In this document: piece after piece, positions 16,282 to 24,550 of the stretch
Layout: each line of letters begins with the position of its first letter
Position numbering within the stretch: the first letter of the stretch is position 1
Assembly: GCA_017455385.1 (NCBI GenBank)
Contig: JAFTBD010000025.1
Span: forward strand, 1 to 36,903
DNA: 36,903 nt
Source of the DNA: Clostridia bacterium
GTDB taxonomy: Bacteria; Bacillota; Clostridia; Christensenellales; CAG-1252
Direction of reading: 5' to 3'
The notes under the pieces: generated by a model
Told to the model about the DNA's origin: nothing
What the model saw: the letters and a program-made list of their open reading frames with translations, nothing else
Databases searched by the model: none
Made by a program: the position numbers and the translations under genes

Positions 16282-17661
16282 ATGAAAAAAGAAGAAAGAG
16301 TCATTCCCTACAAGATCTATCTCGAAGAGTCCGAGATGCCGAAGGCATGGTATAACGTCCGTGCCGATATGAAAACAAAGCCCGCGCCCCTTCTGAATCC
16401 CGGCACGGGTAAGCCCGTCACCAAGGCGGACCTCGCTCCCGTTTTCTGCGACGAACTCATCGATCAGGAGCTGGACAATGACACCCGCTTCATCGAGATC
16501 CCGGAGGAGATCCGCGACTTCTACAAGATGTATCGCCCCTCCCCTGTCGTGAGAGCCTACTATCTGGAGAAGAAGCTCGGCACCCCCGCGAAGATCTACT
16601 ACAAGTTCGAGGGCAATAACACGAGCGGCAGCCACAAGCTGAATAGCGCCATCGCCCAAGCCTACTACGCCAAGAAACAGGGTCTCAAAGGCGTCACGAC
16701 CGAGACGGGCGCAGGACAGTGGGGCACCGCGCTCAGCATGGCTTGTGCATACTTCGGGCTGGACTGCAAAGTCTTCATGGTGAAGTGCTCCTACGAGCAG
16801 AAGCCCTTCCGCCGCGAAGTGATGCGCACCTATGGTGCGAGCGTCACCCCCTCCCCCTCTACGGAGACCGAGATCGGCAAGAAGATACTTGAGGAATTCC
16901 CCGGCACGACGGGCAGCCTCGGATGCGCCATCTCCGAAGCGGTGGAGAAGGCAGTCACCAACGAAGGCTATCGTTACGTGCTCGGCTCTGTGCTGAACCA
17001 GGTGCTCCTGCACCAATCCGTCATCGGTCTCGAGGCGAAAGCCGCTCTCGATAAATACGGCGTCACCCCCGACATCATCATCGGTTGCGCAGGTGGCGGC
17101 AGTAACCTAGGCGGTCTCGTCGCTCCCTTCATGGGGGAGAAACTCCGCGGCGAGAAAGATTATCGCATCATCGCCGTCGAGCCTGCGAGCTGTCCGAGCT
17201 TTACCCGCGGCAAATACGCTTACGACTTCTGCGACACCGGCAAGGTCTGCCCCCTCGCCAAGATGTACACCCTCGGCAGTGGGTTCATTCCCTCCGCGAA
17301 CCATGCGGGCGGTCTCCGCTATCACGGCATGAGTTCCATCCTCTCCGAGCTCTACGACGAGGGATATATGGAGGCGACCTCGGTCGAACAGACCAAGGTC
17401 TTCGAGGCGGCTGAGCTCTTCGCTCGCAGCGAAGGCATCCTGCCCGCCCCCGAGAGTTCCCACGCCATCCGCGTCGCCATCGACGAGGCATTGAAGTGCA
17501 AAGAGACGGGCGAAGAGAAGACCATCCTCTTCGGTCTCACCGGCACGGGCTATTTCGACATGGTGGCATACGAGAAATTCCACAACGGCGAGATGAGCGA
17601 TTACATCCCGACCGACGCGGAGCTCCAAGCCTCTTTGGACAAATTGCCGAAGCTGCAATAA
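16282..17661 (+). CDS. trpB: TrpB2-type tryptophan synthase beta-like PLP enzyme (stand-alone)
   Basis: The 459-aa long-form N-terminus, TSGSHKLNSA (PLP Lys), GVTTETGAGQWG and GCAGGGSN identify it. An AAAGGAGG RBS is present. No trpA is adjacent. Confidence 0.8.
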   Translation: MKKEERVIPYKIYLEESEMPKAWYNVRADMKTKPAPLLNPGTGKPVTKADLAPVFCDELIDQELDNDTRFIEIPEEIRDFYKMYRPSPVVRAYYLEKKLGTPAKIYYKFEGNNTSGSHKLNSAIAQAYYAKKQGLKGVTTETGAGQWGTALSMACAYFGLDCKVFMVKCSYEQKPFRREVMRTYGASVTPSPSTETEIGKKILEEFPGTTGSLGCAISEAVEKAVTNEGYRYVLGSVLNQVLLHQSVIGLEAKAALDKYGVTPDIIIGCAGGGSNLGGLVAPFMGEKLRGEKDYRIIAVEPASCPSFTRGKYAYDFCDTGKVCPLAKMYTLGSGFIPSANHAGGLRYHGMSSILSELYDEGYMEATSVEQTKVFEAAELFARSEGILPAPESSHAIRVAIDEALKCKETGEEKTILFGLTGTGYFDMVAYEKFHNGEMSDYIPTDAELQASLDKLPKLQ

Positions 17662-17679
17662 GTCCCTTGTGATCCCTAG

Positions 17680-17717
17680 AAAAAGGCGTTCTTCCCGAGC
17701 GGGGAACGCCTTTTTTT
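17680..17717 (+). terminator. Rho-independent terminator
   Basis: aaaaa-ggcgttc-ttcccgagcgg-ggaacgcc-ttttttt. Confidence 0.85.
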
Positions 17718-17760
17718 CTATTAAATCTTGCCGAAACATCTCCACCGTGTTAAAAAACGG

Positions 17761-17901
17761 TTGAGCTCCTTCGACTGCGCTACGCTTCGCTCAGGATGAC
17801 ATTTCTTTATTATTCGCGTAGCGCACCTTTATTCCGCATTCCGAATTCCGCATTAGAGCATAGCGTTTCAGGTCCGCATTCCGCATTCCGAATTCCGCAT
17901 T
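17761..17901 (+). repeat. Mosaic intergenic element (type copy): head module, ATTCCGM x3, 17-nt linker, TCCGMAT x4
   Basis: Head: ttgagctccttcgactgcgctacgcttcgctcaggatgacatttctttattattcgcgtagcgcacc. Arrays lie at 17831..17854 and 17872..17901, with the linker agagcatagcgtttcag between them. The 47-nt 3' part matches 26050..26096 at 46 of 47 positions by hand alignment. Confidence 0.9.
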
Positions 17902-17942
17902 GGATCAAGTTCCGCATCCCGCTCCGCGCCCTGCGCGCGCCC

Positions 17943-17971
17943 TTGACTTTCGCCCGGAATAGATATATAAT
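17943..17971 (+). promoter_or_regulatory. Sigma-70 promoter TTGACT-17-TATAAT for mscS
   Basis: ttgact at 17943..17948 and tataat at 17966..17971. Confidence 0.65.
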
Positions 17972-17999
17972 TATCCATATATTTCCTTCGGAGGTCAAT

Positions 18000-18998
18000 A
18001 TGAACTGGGACGAGATATGGCTGACCATTACGGATTTTTTCCAAGATAACGTGTGGAACATCATCGGTTTCTTCGCGGCGCTCGTCATCGGGCTCATCGT
18101 GATCAAGATCCTCACCGTGGTGCTTAAAAAGGCATTCACTCGCTTGAAGATGGACTCTGTGGCGCAGGGATTCCTGCTCACCATCATCCGTTTCGCGCTG
18201 TGGCTGGTCTTCATCATCATCCTACTCTCTGTCGCGGGCGTGCAGGTCACGGGCGTCATCACCGCCGTGAGTGCGGCGATCCTCGCCATCGGCATGGCTC
18301 TCCAGAGCAATATCTCCAACATCGCGAACGGCATCGTCATCGTGACGCATAAAATGTTCAAAAAAGGCGACCGCATCGAAGTCGCTGGGATCTCGGGGCG
18401 TATCTCGGAGATCAATCTCCTCTTCACCACCATCAATACCGCCGACAATAAGAAGGTCACCGTCCCGAATTCCACCATCGTGAACAGCGCCGTCATCAAC
18501 GCCGACGCCATCGGCAAACGCCGCGTGGATTTCAATTTCCCCGTCGCTTACGAGTCGGACGTGAAGGTCGTCTGCGACATCGTCTTGGACGTGATGAAGA
18601 GCGACGGCAGGGTGTATCTCGATCCCGCCCCCTTCTGCAAGCTGAAAGAATTCGGGGACAGCAGCATCAATTTCTTCGCGAATTGTTGGTGCGACGCGGA
18701 GGACTATTGGGACGTCTACTATTACGTGATGGAACACGTTTTCAATGAGTTCAAGAGGCGCGGCGTCTCCATTCCCTATCAGCAGGTGGAAGTCAGAGAC
18801 CGCACCGACGTCGTCACGATGCCCTACGACGAAGCCCCCATCCCCGAGCGGGTGGAGAAGGATCGTCCCGAGCCCGAGACGCGCATCGAGGAGATCAAGC
18901 GCCACTACAACGAGACGAAGGAGCGCTTCGCACACAAGAAGTCGCACGTCGAGCCCGAGCTCCCCAAAGAGCCTTCCGTCCCGAGTGACGACGAATGA
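18000..18998 (+). CDS. mscS: Small-conductance mechanosensitive channel (MscS family)
   Basis: Start at ATG 18000, after GGAGG at 17990..17994. Three TM helices are followed by KMFKKGDRIEVAGISGRISEINLLFTTINTADNKKVTVPNSTIVNSAVIN, the MscS beta-domain signature. The track start at 17796 lies inside the repeat element. Confidence 0.85.
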   Translation: MNWDEIWLTITDFFQDNVWNIIGFFAALVIGLIVIKILTVVLKKAFTRLKMDSVAQGFLLTIIRFALWLVFIIILLSVAGVQVTGVITAVSAAILAIGMALQSNISNIANGIVIVTHKMFKKGDRIEVAGISGRISEINLLFTTINTADNKKVTVPNSTIVNSAVINADAIGKRRVDFNFPVAYESDVKVVCDIVLDVMKSDGRVYLDPAPFCKLKEFGDSSINFFANCWCDAEDYWDVYYYVMEHVFNEFKRRGVSIPYQQVEVRDRTDVVTMPYDEAPIPERVEKDRPEPETRIEEIKRHYNETKERFAHKKSHVEPELPKEPSVPSDDE

Positions 18999-19038
18999 CA
19001 TAGCGGCTGTCGCCGCAGAAAATATCGGAGGTATATCT

Positions 19039-19368
19039 ATGAAAAAATCTTTACTCATCCTTTCCGTCTTGCTTCTCGTCGCCTTCTGCGGCATCGCCCT
19101 TTTCGGCTGTAACGCCGCCGCGGGTGAATACACCTTCTCGTCCGCAACGGCAGGCGCGATCACCATCTCCGCCGACAACGTGCAGGCAGCGAGCCTCGTC
19201 CTCAATAAGGACAAGACCTACTCTTTCACCTTCAAGGCTTCCGTCATCTCCATCACGGAGAGCGGCACCTATACGAAGGACGGCAACACTTCCACCACCG
19301 CTACCTATGAGAGCGGCACCCTGACCTGGAAGCACGACTCCTATTCTCTCGTCTTCAAGAAGAAATAA
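19039..19368 (+). CDS. Small lipoprotein (109 aa), function unknown
   Basis: MKKSLLILSVLLLVAFCGIALFGC lipobox. A GGAGG RBS lies at 19027..19031. It starts 40 nt after mscS. Confidence 0.6.
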   Translation: MKKSLLILSVLLLVAFCGIALFGCNAAAGEYTFSSATAGAITISADNVQAASLVLNKDKTYSFTFKASVISITESGTYTKDGNTSTTATYESGTLTWKHDSYSLVFKKK

Positions 19369-19383
19369 TACGGTGCACTTTGC

Positions 19384-19419
19384 AGCGCTCTCGCGGCTCG
19401 CCTGCGGGAGCGCTTTTTT
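19384..19419 (+). terminator. Rho-independent terminator
   Basis: agcgctc-(17 nt)-gagcgct followed by tttttt. Confidence 0.7.
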
Positions 19420-19429
19420 ATATCCCGCC

Positions 19430-19458
19430 GAATAAAAAACGCCCGCTTGTCCATAATA
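19430..19458 (+). promoter_or_regulatory. Candidate forespore-type (sigma-G/F-like) promoter GAATA-17-CATAATA
   Basis: gaata at 19430..19434 and cataata at 19452..19458, compared with the sigma-G consensus GHATR-17/18-CAHWHTA. Confidence 0.3.
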
Positions 19459-19483
19459 AAGACAAAACGAAAAGGGGGAATAT

Positions 19484-19954
19484 ATGGCTACGATCACAGC
19501 GGAACCGACGAAAAAGCGTATTTTCGCCGAGAACGAGGAGGAGCTCCTCAACGAATGTATGAAGTCCACCGCCCTCGGACTGCAATCCTTGGACGTGGTG
19601 GAGAAGGTCGCCGTGGGGGAACTGAATGCCTACGTCAAACAGCTGATGGGCGAATACGCCGCCGTCACGCGACGGGTCAGCGACATGATGAAAGAGCTGG
19701 ACATCGACCCCGAGATATACGGCAGTATGAAACAAAAATGGCAGAAAAAGATGGTGAAACTCTCCATCTTCGGCGACAAGAGCAATAGCAATATCGCCGA
19801 GAAACTCATCAAGGGCACGAATATGGGCATCACCGACCTGACGCGGTGCCTGAATGAGAACCTTACCTTCGTCAGCGACGAAGCTGTCACACTCGCCCGC
19901 GATATCCTCGCCCTCTTCTCGGGAAGCGTGGAAGCATTGAAAAAGTTCCTTTGA
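19484..19954 (+). CDS. Hypothetical 156-aa helical cytoplasmic protein
   Basis: A clean ORF with a GGGGG RBS, flanked by terminators on both sides. I recognise no motif. Confidence 0.55.
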   Translation: MATITAEPTKKRIFAENEEELLNECMKSTALGLQSLDVVEKVAVGELNAYVKQLMGEYAAVTRRVSDMMKELDIDPEIYGSMKQKWQKKMVKLSIFGDKSNSNIAEKLIKGTNMGITDLTRCLNENLTFVSDEAVTLARDILALFSGSVEALKKFL

Positions 19955-19955
19955 C

Positions 19956-19990
19956 AAAAAAAAGCGTTCCGAGAGGAACGCCATTTTTTT
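19956..19990. terminator. Bidirectional rho-independent terminator between convergent genes
   Basis: aaaaaaaa-gcgttcc-gaga-ggaacgc-ca-ttttttt. Confidence 0.85.
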
Positions 19991-19992
19991 CT

Positions 19993-21372
19993 TTACGCTT
20001 TCGTTATCGTTTCGCGGACGATCTTGATCTGCGTTTCCACCGAGGACACCGCGGTGCCGCCGTAAGAGGTGCGTTTCTCCACACAGTTCGCAACGGAGAT
20101 CTCGTCGTAAAGGTCCGCGTCAAAAAGGTCGCTGTAGCCTTTGTAGGTCTCGAGGGGGATATCCTCCAGTCCGACCTTCTTCGTGACGGCGTCGCGCACG
20201 ATGGTGCCAACGAGCTTGTACGCCTCGCGGAAGGGAAGACCTTTCTTGGTCAGGTAGTCGGCGAGGTCGGTGGCGTTGATATAGCCGCCTTTCGCCGCCT
20301 CGAGCATATTCTCCTCATTCGCTTTCAGGCTCGCGATCATCGGAATGAAGACGGATAGGCACGCATTCGCCGTATCCACCGCGTCGAAAAAGCTCTCTTT
20401 GTCCTCTTGCATATCTTTATTATAAGCAAGGGGCAAGCCTTTGAGGACGGTGAGCATCGCGATGAGGTCGCCGTAGACCCTGCCCGTCTTGCCGCGCGCA
20501 AGCTCCGCCATATCGGGGTTCTTCTTCTGCGGCATGATGGAGGATCCTGTCGTAAAATCATCGGATAATTCAATGTATTTGAATTCAAAGCTCGACCACA
20601 GCACCAGCTCCTCCGACAGTCTCGACAAGTGGGTCATCAGGAGGGAGATGTCGGCGAGGAGCTCCACCACGTAATCGCGGTCGGAGACAGAGTCCAAGCT
20701 GTTCTCCGTGACACCGTCGAAACCGAGTGCCGCCGCCTCGTACGCGCGGTCGGTATTATAGGTCGTGCCCGCGAGCGCCGCCGCCCCGATGGGGGACTTA
20801 TTCAGGCGCTTTTTCGCGTCCGCGAGCCTGTCCGCGTCGCGCAGGAACATGAAGGCATACGCCATCAGGTGTTGCCCGAAGGTGATGGGCTGTGCGCGTT
20901 GCAGGTGGGTGTAGCCGCACATCACGGTCTTCTTGTAGGTCTCCGCCTTGTCCGTCAAGGCAGTCACAAGGGACAGGAGCTTCCCTTTGAGCTCATCGGC
21001 GACCTTGCGCGCGAAGAGCTTCATATCCAGCGCGACCTGATCGTTTCGACTGCGCGCGGTATGCAGTTTCTTCCCCACGGCGCCGACGCGCGAGACGAGC
21101 GTCTCCTCGACGAAGGTATGGATATCCTCCGCCGCAAGGTCGATCTCGAGCGCGCCGCTCTCGATATCCGAGAGGATGCCGCCGAGCGCGGTGATGAGGA
21201 TCTCCGCCTCTTCCGCCGAGATGATCCCCTGCTTCCCGAGCATCGCCGCGTGTGCGATGGAGCCGGTGATGTCCTCCGCGTACAAGCGCTTATCGAAGGT
21301 GATGGACGCGTTGAAAGCCTCCGCCGCCTCGTTGATGGTGCCGTCCGCACGCCCTGCCCACAATTTGCTCAT
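19993..21372 (-). CDS. argH: Argininosuccinate lyase
   Basis: [11 protein letters not shown]..., HTARSRNDQV, GYTHLQRAQP and GSSIMPQKKNPD (fumarate-lyase signature). The ATG at 21372 shares one base with the argG TAA (TAATG). The track ORF to 21516 is an extension. Confidence 0.9.
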   Translation of the reverse strand: MSKLWAGRADGTINEAAEAFNASITFDKRLYAEDITGSIAHAAMLGKQGIISAEEAEILITALGGILSDIESGALEIDLAAEDIHTFVEETLVSRVGAVGKKLHTARSRNDQVALDMKLFARKVADELKGKLLSLVTALTDKAETYKKTVMCGYTHLQRAQPITFGQHLMAYAFMFLRDADRLADAKKRLNKSPIGAAALAGTTYNTDRAYEAAALGFDGVTENSLDSVSDRDYVVELLADISLLMTHLSRLSEELVLWSSFEFKYIELSDDFTTGSSIMPQKKNPDMAELARGKTGRVYGDLIAMLTVLKGLPLAYNKDMQEDKESFFDAVDTANACLSVFIPMIASLKANEENMLEAAKGGYINATDLADYLTKKGLPFREAYKLVGTIVRDAVTKKVGLEDIPLETYKGYSDLFDADLYDEISVANCVEKRTSYGGTAVSSVETQIKIVRETITKA

Positions 21373-22595
21373 TATTTCTTTACCTTGCTCTTCACGAGCG
21401 CCTGCACCTTGGTGGGCAACCCGTAGAGGGTGATGAAACCCTTGGAGTCGGTCTGGTCGTAGTCGCTCTCGCCGAAGGTCGCGATCTCCTCGCTGTAAAG
21501 GGAGTAGTCGCTCCACACGCCCGCATTGATCATATTGCCCTTATAGAGTTTCAGGCGCACCTTGCCCGTGACGGTCTCCTGCGTCTTGGTGACGAAAGCG
21601 GAGAGCGCCTCGCGAAGGGGGCTGAACCATTGCCCGTTATAGACGAGCTCACCGAAGGTGATGGCGAGCTTCTCTTTCTCGTGCATCGTCATTTTGTCGA
21701 GGGTGATGCTCTCCAAGACGGAATGCGCCTTGTAAAGGATCGTGCCGCCCGGGGTCTCATAAACGCCGCGACACTTCATACCGACAAGACGGTTCTCCAC
21801 GATGTCGAGGATGCCGATGCCGTTCGCGCCGCCGATCTTATTGAGTGCGAGGATGATCTCCTTCGCCGACATCTTCTCCCCGTTGAGAGAGGTGGGCACG
21901 CCCTTGTCGAAGGTGAGCTCCACATAGGTGGGAGCGTCGGGCGCTAATACGGGAGAGACCCCCATCTCCAAAAAGCCCGGCTTCTCGTACTGCGGCTCGT
22001 TGCCCGTGTCCTCGAGGTCGAGACCTTCATGGGACAGGTGCCACAGGTTCTTATCCTTGCTGTAATTCGTCTCCTTATTGATCTTGAGGGGGACGTTATG
22101 CGCCTCTGCGTAGGCGATCTCCTCCTCACGGGACTTGATGGTCCATTCACGCCACGGAGCGATGACCTTCATATTCGGCGCGAAATGCTTGATGCCGAGC
22201 TCGAAACGCACCTGATCGTTGCCCTTGCCGGTGCAACCGTGGCAGATGGCGTCCGCGCCCTCTTTCAAGGCGATCTCGACGAGCGCCTTCGCGATCAAAG
22301 GACGTGCGTGGGACGTGCCGAGATAATATTCTTCATAACGCGCGCCCGCCTGCATCGTCGGGATGATATAATCATTCACGTATTCATCGGTGAGGTCCAA
22401 GATGTAGATCTTGTCCGCGCCCGTCTTCAGCGCCTTCTCCTCAAGACCGTCCAACTCGTCCGCCTGTCCGACGTTCGCCGCCACGGCGATGACCTGACAT
22501 CCATTGTAATTTTCCTTCAGCCAAGGAATGATGATCGAGGTGTCCAAGCCACCCGAATACGCGAGAACTACTTTTTTGATACTGCTTTTGTCCAT
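21372..22595 (-). CDS. argG: Argininosuccinate synthase
   Basis: [14 protein letters not shown] (P-loop-like N-type ATP-PPase), [13 protein letters not shown] and TPGGT. The ATG at 22595 is preceded by AAGGAG. The track start at 22670 is upstream of the RBS. Confidence 0.9.
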   Translation of the reverse strand: MDKSSIKKVVLAYSGGLDTSIIIPWLKENYNGCQVIAVAANVGQADELDGLEEKALKTGADKIYILDLTDEYVNDYIIPTMQAGARYEEYYLGTSHARPLIAKALVEIALKEGADAICHGCTGKGNDQVRFELGIKHFAPNMKVIAPWREWTIKSREEEIAYAEAHNVPLKINKETNYSKDKNLWHLSHEGLDLEDTGNEPQYEKPGFLEMGVSPVLAPDAPTYVELTFDKGVPTSLNGEKMSAKEIILALNKIGGANGIGILDIVENRLVGMKCRGVYETPGGTILYKAHSVLESITLDKMTMHEKEKLAITFGELVYNGQWFSPLREALSAFVTKTQETVTGKVRLKLYKGNMINAGVWSDYSLYSEEIATFGESDYDQTDSKGFITLYGLPTKVQALVKSKVKK

Positions 22596-22629
22596 ATTTC
22601 TGCTCCTTTTATGCTTCAATGGTACCCTC

Positions 22630-22658
22630 ATTATAAGATCCCCGCGGCACGAAGTCAA
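22630..22658 (-). promoter_or_regulatory. Sigma-70 promoter TTGACT-17-TATAAT for argGH
   Basis: The plus strand shows attata at 22630..22635 and agtcaa at 22653..22658. Confidence 0.6.
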
Positions 22659-22665
22659 ACATTTT

Positions 22666-22742
22666 TGCATAATATTAACAAAATTCTTTATATTTTTATT
22701 TTAATGCAATGCTTTATGCAATATATGCATTGTTTATGCAAT
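22666..22742 (-). promoter_or_regulatory. AT-rich cluster of TGCAT/ATGCA half-sites; candidate ArgR/AhrC operator region
   Basis: tgcataatatt at 22666..22676 and atgcaatgctttatgcaatatatgcattgtttatgcaat at 22704..22742. The latter includes TGCAT-5-ATGCA and ATGCA-5-TGCAT palindromes. ARG boxes are TGAAT-4-ATTCA, so the spacing and sequence fit only loosely. Confidence 0.35.
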
Positions 22743-22759
22743 TTTTACCCACTTTCCTG

Positions 22760-22833
22760 CATTCCGTCCTCGCTCTGCTCGTCCGCGATCAAGCCTCCTT
22801 TATAAAAGGATGCAATGGTGCTGCGCTTGAATT
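22760..22833 (-). repeat. Inverted copy of the 74-nt block at 5741..5814
   Basis: The reverse complement reads aattcaagcgcagcaccattgcatccttttataaaggaggcttgatcgcggacgagcagagcgaggacggaatg. Confidence 0.9.
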
Positions 22834-22861
22834 AGGAATTAGGAATTATGAATTAGGAATT
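22830..22861 (+). repeat. Tandem heptamer array AATTAGG x4 (one AATTATG variant), then palindrome GCGCA-A-TGCGC
   Basis: aattagg aattagg aattatg aattagg aatt, followed by gcggtacgcgcaatgcgcgatcc. The same heptamer occurs at 36696..36713. Confidence 0.9.
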
Positions 22862-22899
22862 GCGGTACGCGCAATGCGCGATCCTTATAAACCAAAAAT

Positions 22900-22920
22900 G
22901 AATACCCGAATGAGAGCGGA
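22900..22920 (+). repeat. Short dispersed word gaatacccgaatgRgagcgga
   Basis: It recurs at 36883..36903 with one mismatch. The core gagagcggag also occurs at 1151..1160. Confidence 0.8.
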
Positions 22921-23127
22921 GAATGGTGCGTTTCACACACCCGCGAGCGCGGAGAAGGGTGTAGAGGCAAGCGCTCTACAAACACCATCATTCACCTTGC
23001 AGCGCAAAAAACAAACAGCGGGCGCGCAGAGTGGTGCTTAGGCAAACGCTCCGCGAGCGGACGGACAGGCGCGTACTTCTTGTACGTAACTGTTCGGACG
23101 AGAAGCGGTAGAGCCGCATAAGCGCCG

Positions 23128-23793
23128 CTATGCGCGCCCGTCCCTCGGCCAGATAAAATTAGAATTAAGCTGTTCGCCATTATCGACCAGCACATCCTCC
23201 CCTGTCATGCTCTTATTCACCACCGCGAGGAAATACGCCCATTCCGCGATCTCCGCGGATGTCGCCCATTTTCCGAGCAGGGACTCCCTTATCGCGGCGG
23301 CGCGCAGGGCTTCATCCTCGAGGACAGGGCTATTGGATGAAGTATACACCCCGCCCGGGGAGAGACTATTACAAGTGGCACCGTAGGGGGCGAGACGCAG
23401 CGCGGCATTCTTGGTATAAGCGACGACGCCCGCCTTGCTCGCGACGTACTCGGGGAATTCCGCTCCGTTCCGCGCGCTCGCGGAGGCGATATTCACCACG
23501 GCGCGAATGTCGGGGGTGAAAGCGTACTTTTCCATCGTGCGGATGACGCCCTTGAGATTCACGTCGATGACGTCCTCGGCTGGGAACTGGATGCCCGCCG
23601 CCGTCACGAGGACGTTGACGCCCGTCACGTCGGGAAGATCTCCCCGAACATCCGCAATGATATGGGTATATGCCGCGTGGGTAAGCGCGGTCGGCGCGAC
23701 GTCCAGTCCGATGACCGTATGCCCCTCCGCAAGGAACTTCTCCGCGATGGCGCGGCCGATATCGCCGCTCACGCCCGTAATCAACACTTTCAT
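23128..23793 (-). CDS. SDR-family NAD(P)-dependent oxidoreductase (221 aa)
   Basis: MKVLITGVSGDIGRAI, TAAG, and NIASASA...YVASK catalytic Ser/Tyr/Lys. Its ATG overlaps the stop of the upstream transporter gene by 4 nt. Confidence 0.8.
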   Translation of the reverse strand: MKVLITGVSGDIGRAIAEKFLAEGHTVIGLDVAPTALTHAAYTHIIADVRGDLPDVTGVNVLVTAAGIQFPAEDVIDVNLKGVIRTMEKYAFTPDIRAVVNIASASARNGAEFPEYVASKAGVVAYTKNAALRLAPYGATCNSLSPGGVYTSSNSPVLEDEALRAAAIRESLLGKWATSAEIAEWAYFLAVVNKSMTGEDVLVDNGEQLNSNFIWPRDGRA

Positions 23794-24542
23794 ACTGCCT
23801 CCTTTTGCGCCGCGACGTAATCAATGTACGCCTGCCCGACGCCTTCCGCTTCGTACGTCCGAACGATCCTATGCGCGAGAGGAGAGAAGACCACCTCGAA
23901 GAGGAGCTCCGCCACCGCGCCCGTCGCCGCGCACATCACGCATTGGAGCGCCGTCCAGCCGAAGAAATGATAACTCACGATGAATGCGAAGAGGATATTA
24001 TCGAGAAACTGCCCGATCACCGTGGAGAGATAACAACTGAGATAGAAGCTCGCCGTGGGGTGCGCCTTAAAGATGCGCCCGAAAGTGAAATTCAGGACGT
24101 TATTCGTCACCGCCGACGCCATGAATGCCACCGAGCTGCCGAGGATGACGTACCAGGACGAGCGGAAAGTGCCGTCCAATGCGCCATTCACGAGCGCGGG
24201 GCCGCCGATCGTCTCCACAAAGCTCTGCGACCACGTCCCCGGGATGTAACTCATCGCAAGGAAGATGACGGAGAAACAGAGGTTCACGAGGAGCGCCACC
24301 GCCGCGAGGATATTCGCCGCGCGCACGCCGAAGCGTTTGGTGACGACGTCCATCAGGAGAAATACGAGCCAGGAAAAGAGTATGCCGCAGTCCAAGGCGA
24401 GCCAAGACAGGTTCAGGTCGATGCTCTTATTCGCGAGGAGATTCATCGACACCACCGCCGTTACGAAGAGCGCCGTGATGAGGGATGGGATATTCCGCAG
24501 TAACAGTTTGGTTTCCGTAAAAAGGTTTTTGATCGTCGTCAC
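23790..24542 (-). CDS. yhhQ: Queuosine-precursor transporter (YhhQ / DUF165 / VUT family)
   Basis: Multi-TM protein with LLANKSIDL...LDCGILFSWLVFLLMDVVTKRFG, compared with the E. coli YhhQ pattern L-AN...G-x-FP...DV-TE-YG. The GTG start is 8 nt after AAGGAGG. A preQ1 riboswitch lies immediately upstream. Confidence 0.7.
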   Translation of the reverse strand: MTTIKNLFTETKLLLRNIPSLITALFVTAVVSMNLLANKSIDLNLSWLALDCGILFSWLVFLLMDVVTKRFGVRAANILAAVALLVNLCFSVIFLAMSYIPGTWSQSFVETIGGPALVNGALDGTFRSSWYVILGSSVAFMASAVTNNVLNFTFGRIFKAHPTASFYLSCYLSTVIGQFLDNILFAFIVSYHFFGWTALQCVMCAATGAVAELLFEVVFSPLAHRIVRTYEAEGVGQAYIDYVAAQKEAV

Positions 24543-24550
24543 TTTCGTGA

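Noticed and set aside
17831-17901. Heptamer arrays as a possible CRISPR array, or as Spo0A (0A-box TGTCGAA) binding sites.
   Set aside because: The units are 7 nt with no unique spacers, and no cas genes are present, so they are not CRISPR. TGCGGAA/TTCGGAA differs from TGNCGAA at the invariant C and G positions, so the 0A-box resemblance is superficial.
22926-23127. A possible terminator or sRNA in the 200 nt downstream of the SDR gene. Several GC hairpins are present, such as ccgcg-ag-cgcgg and gtagag-gcaagc-ctctac.
   Set aside because: None of the hairpins is followed by a T-tract on the relevant strand. They look like further GC mini-hairpin words of the mosaic repeats. I cannot support a discrete feature.
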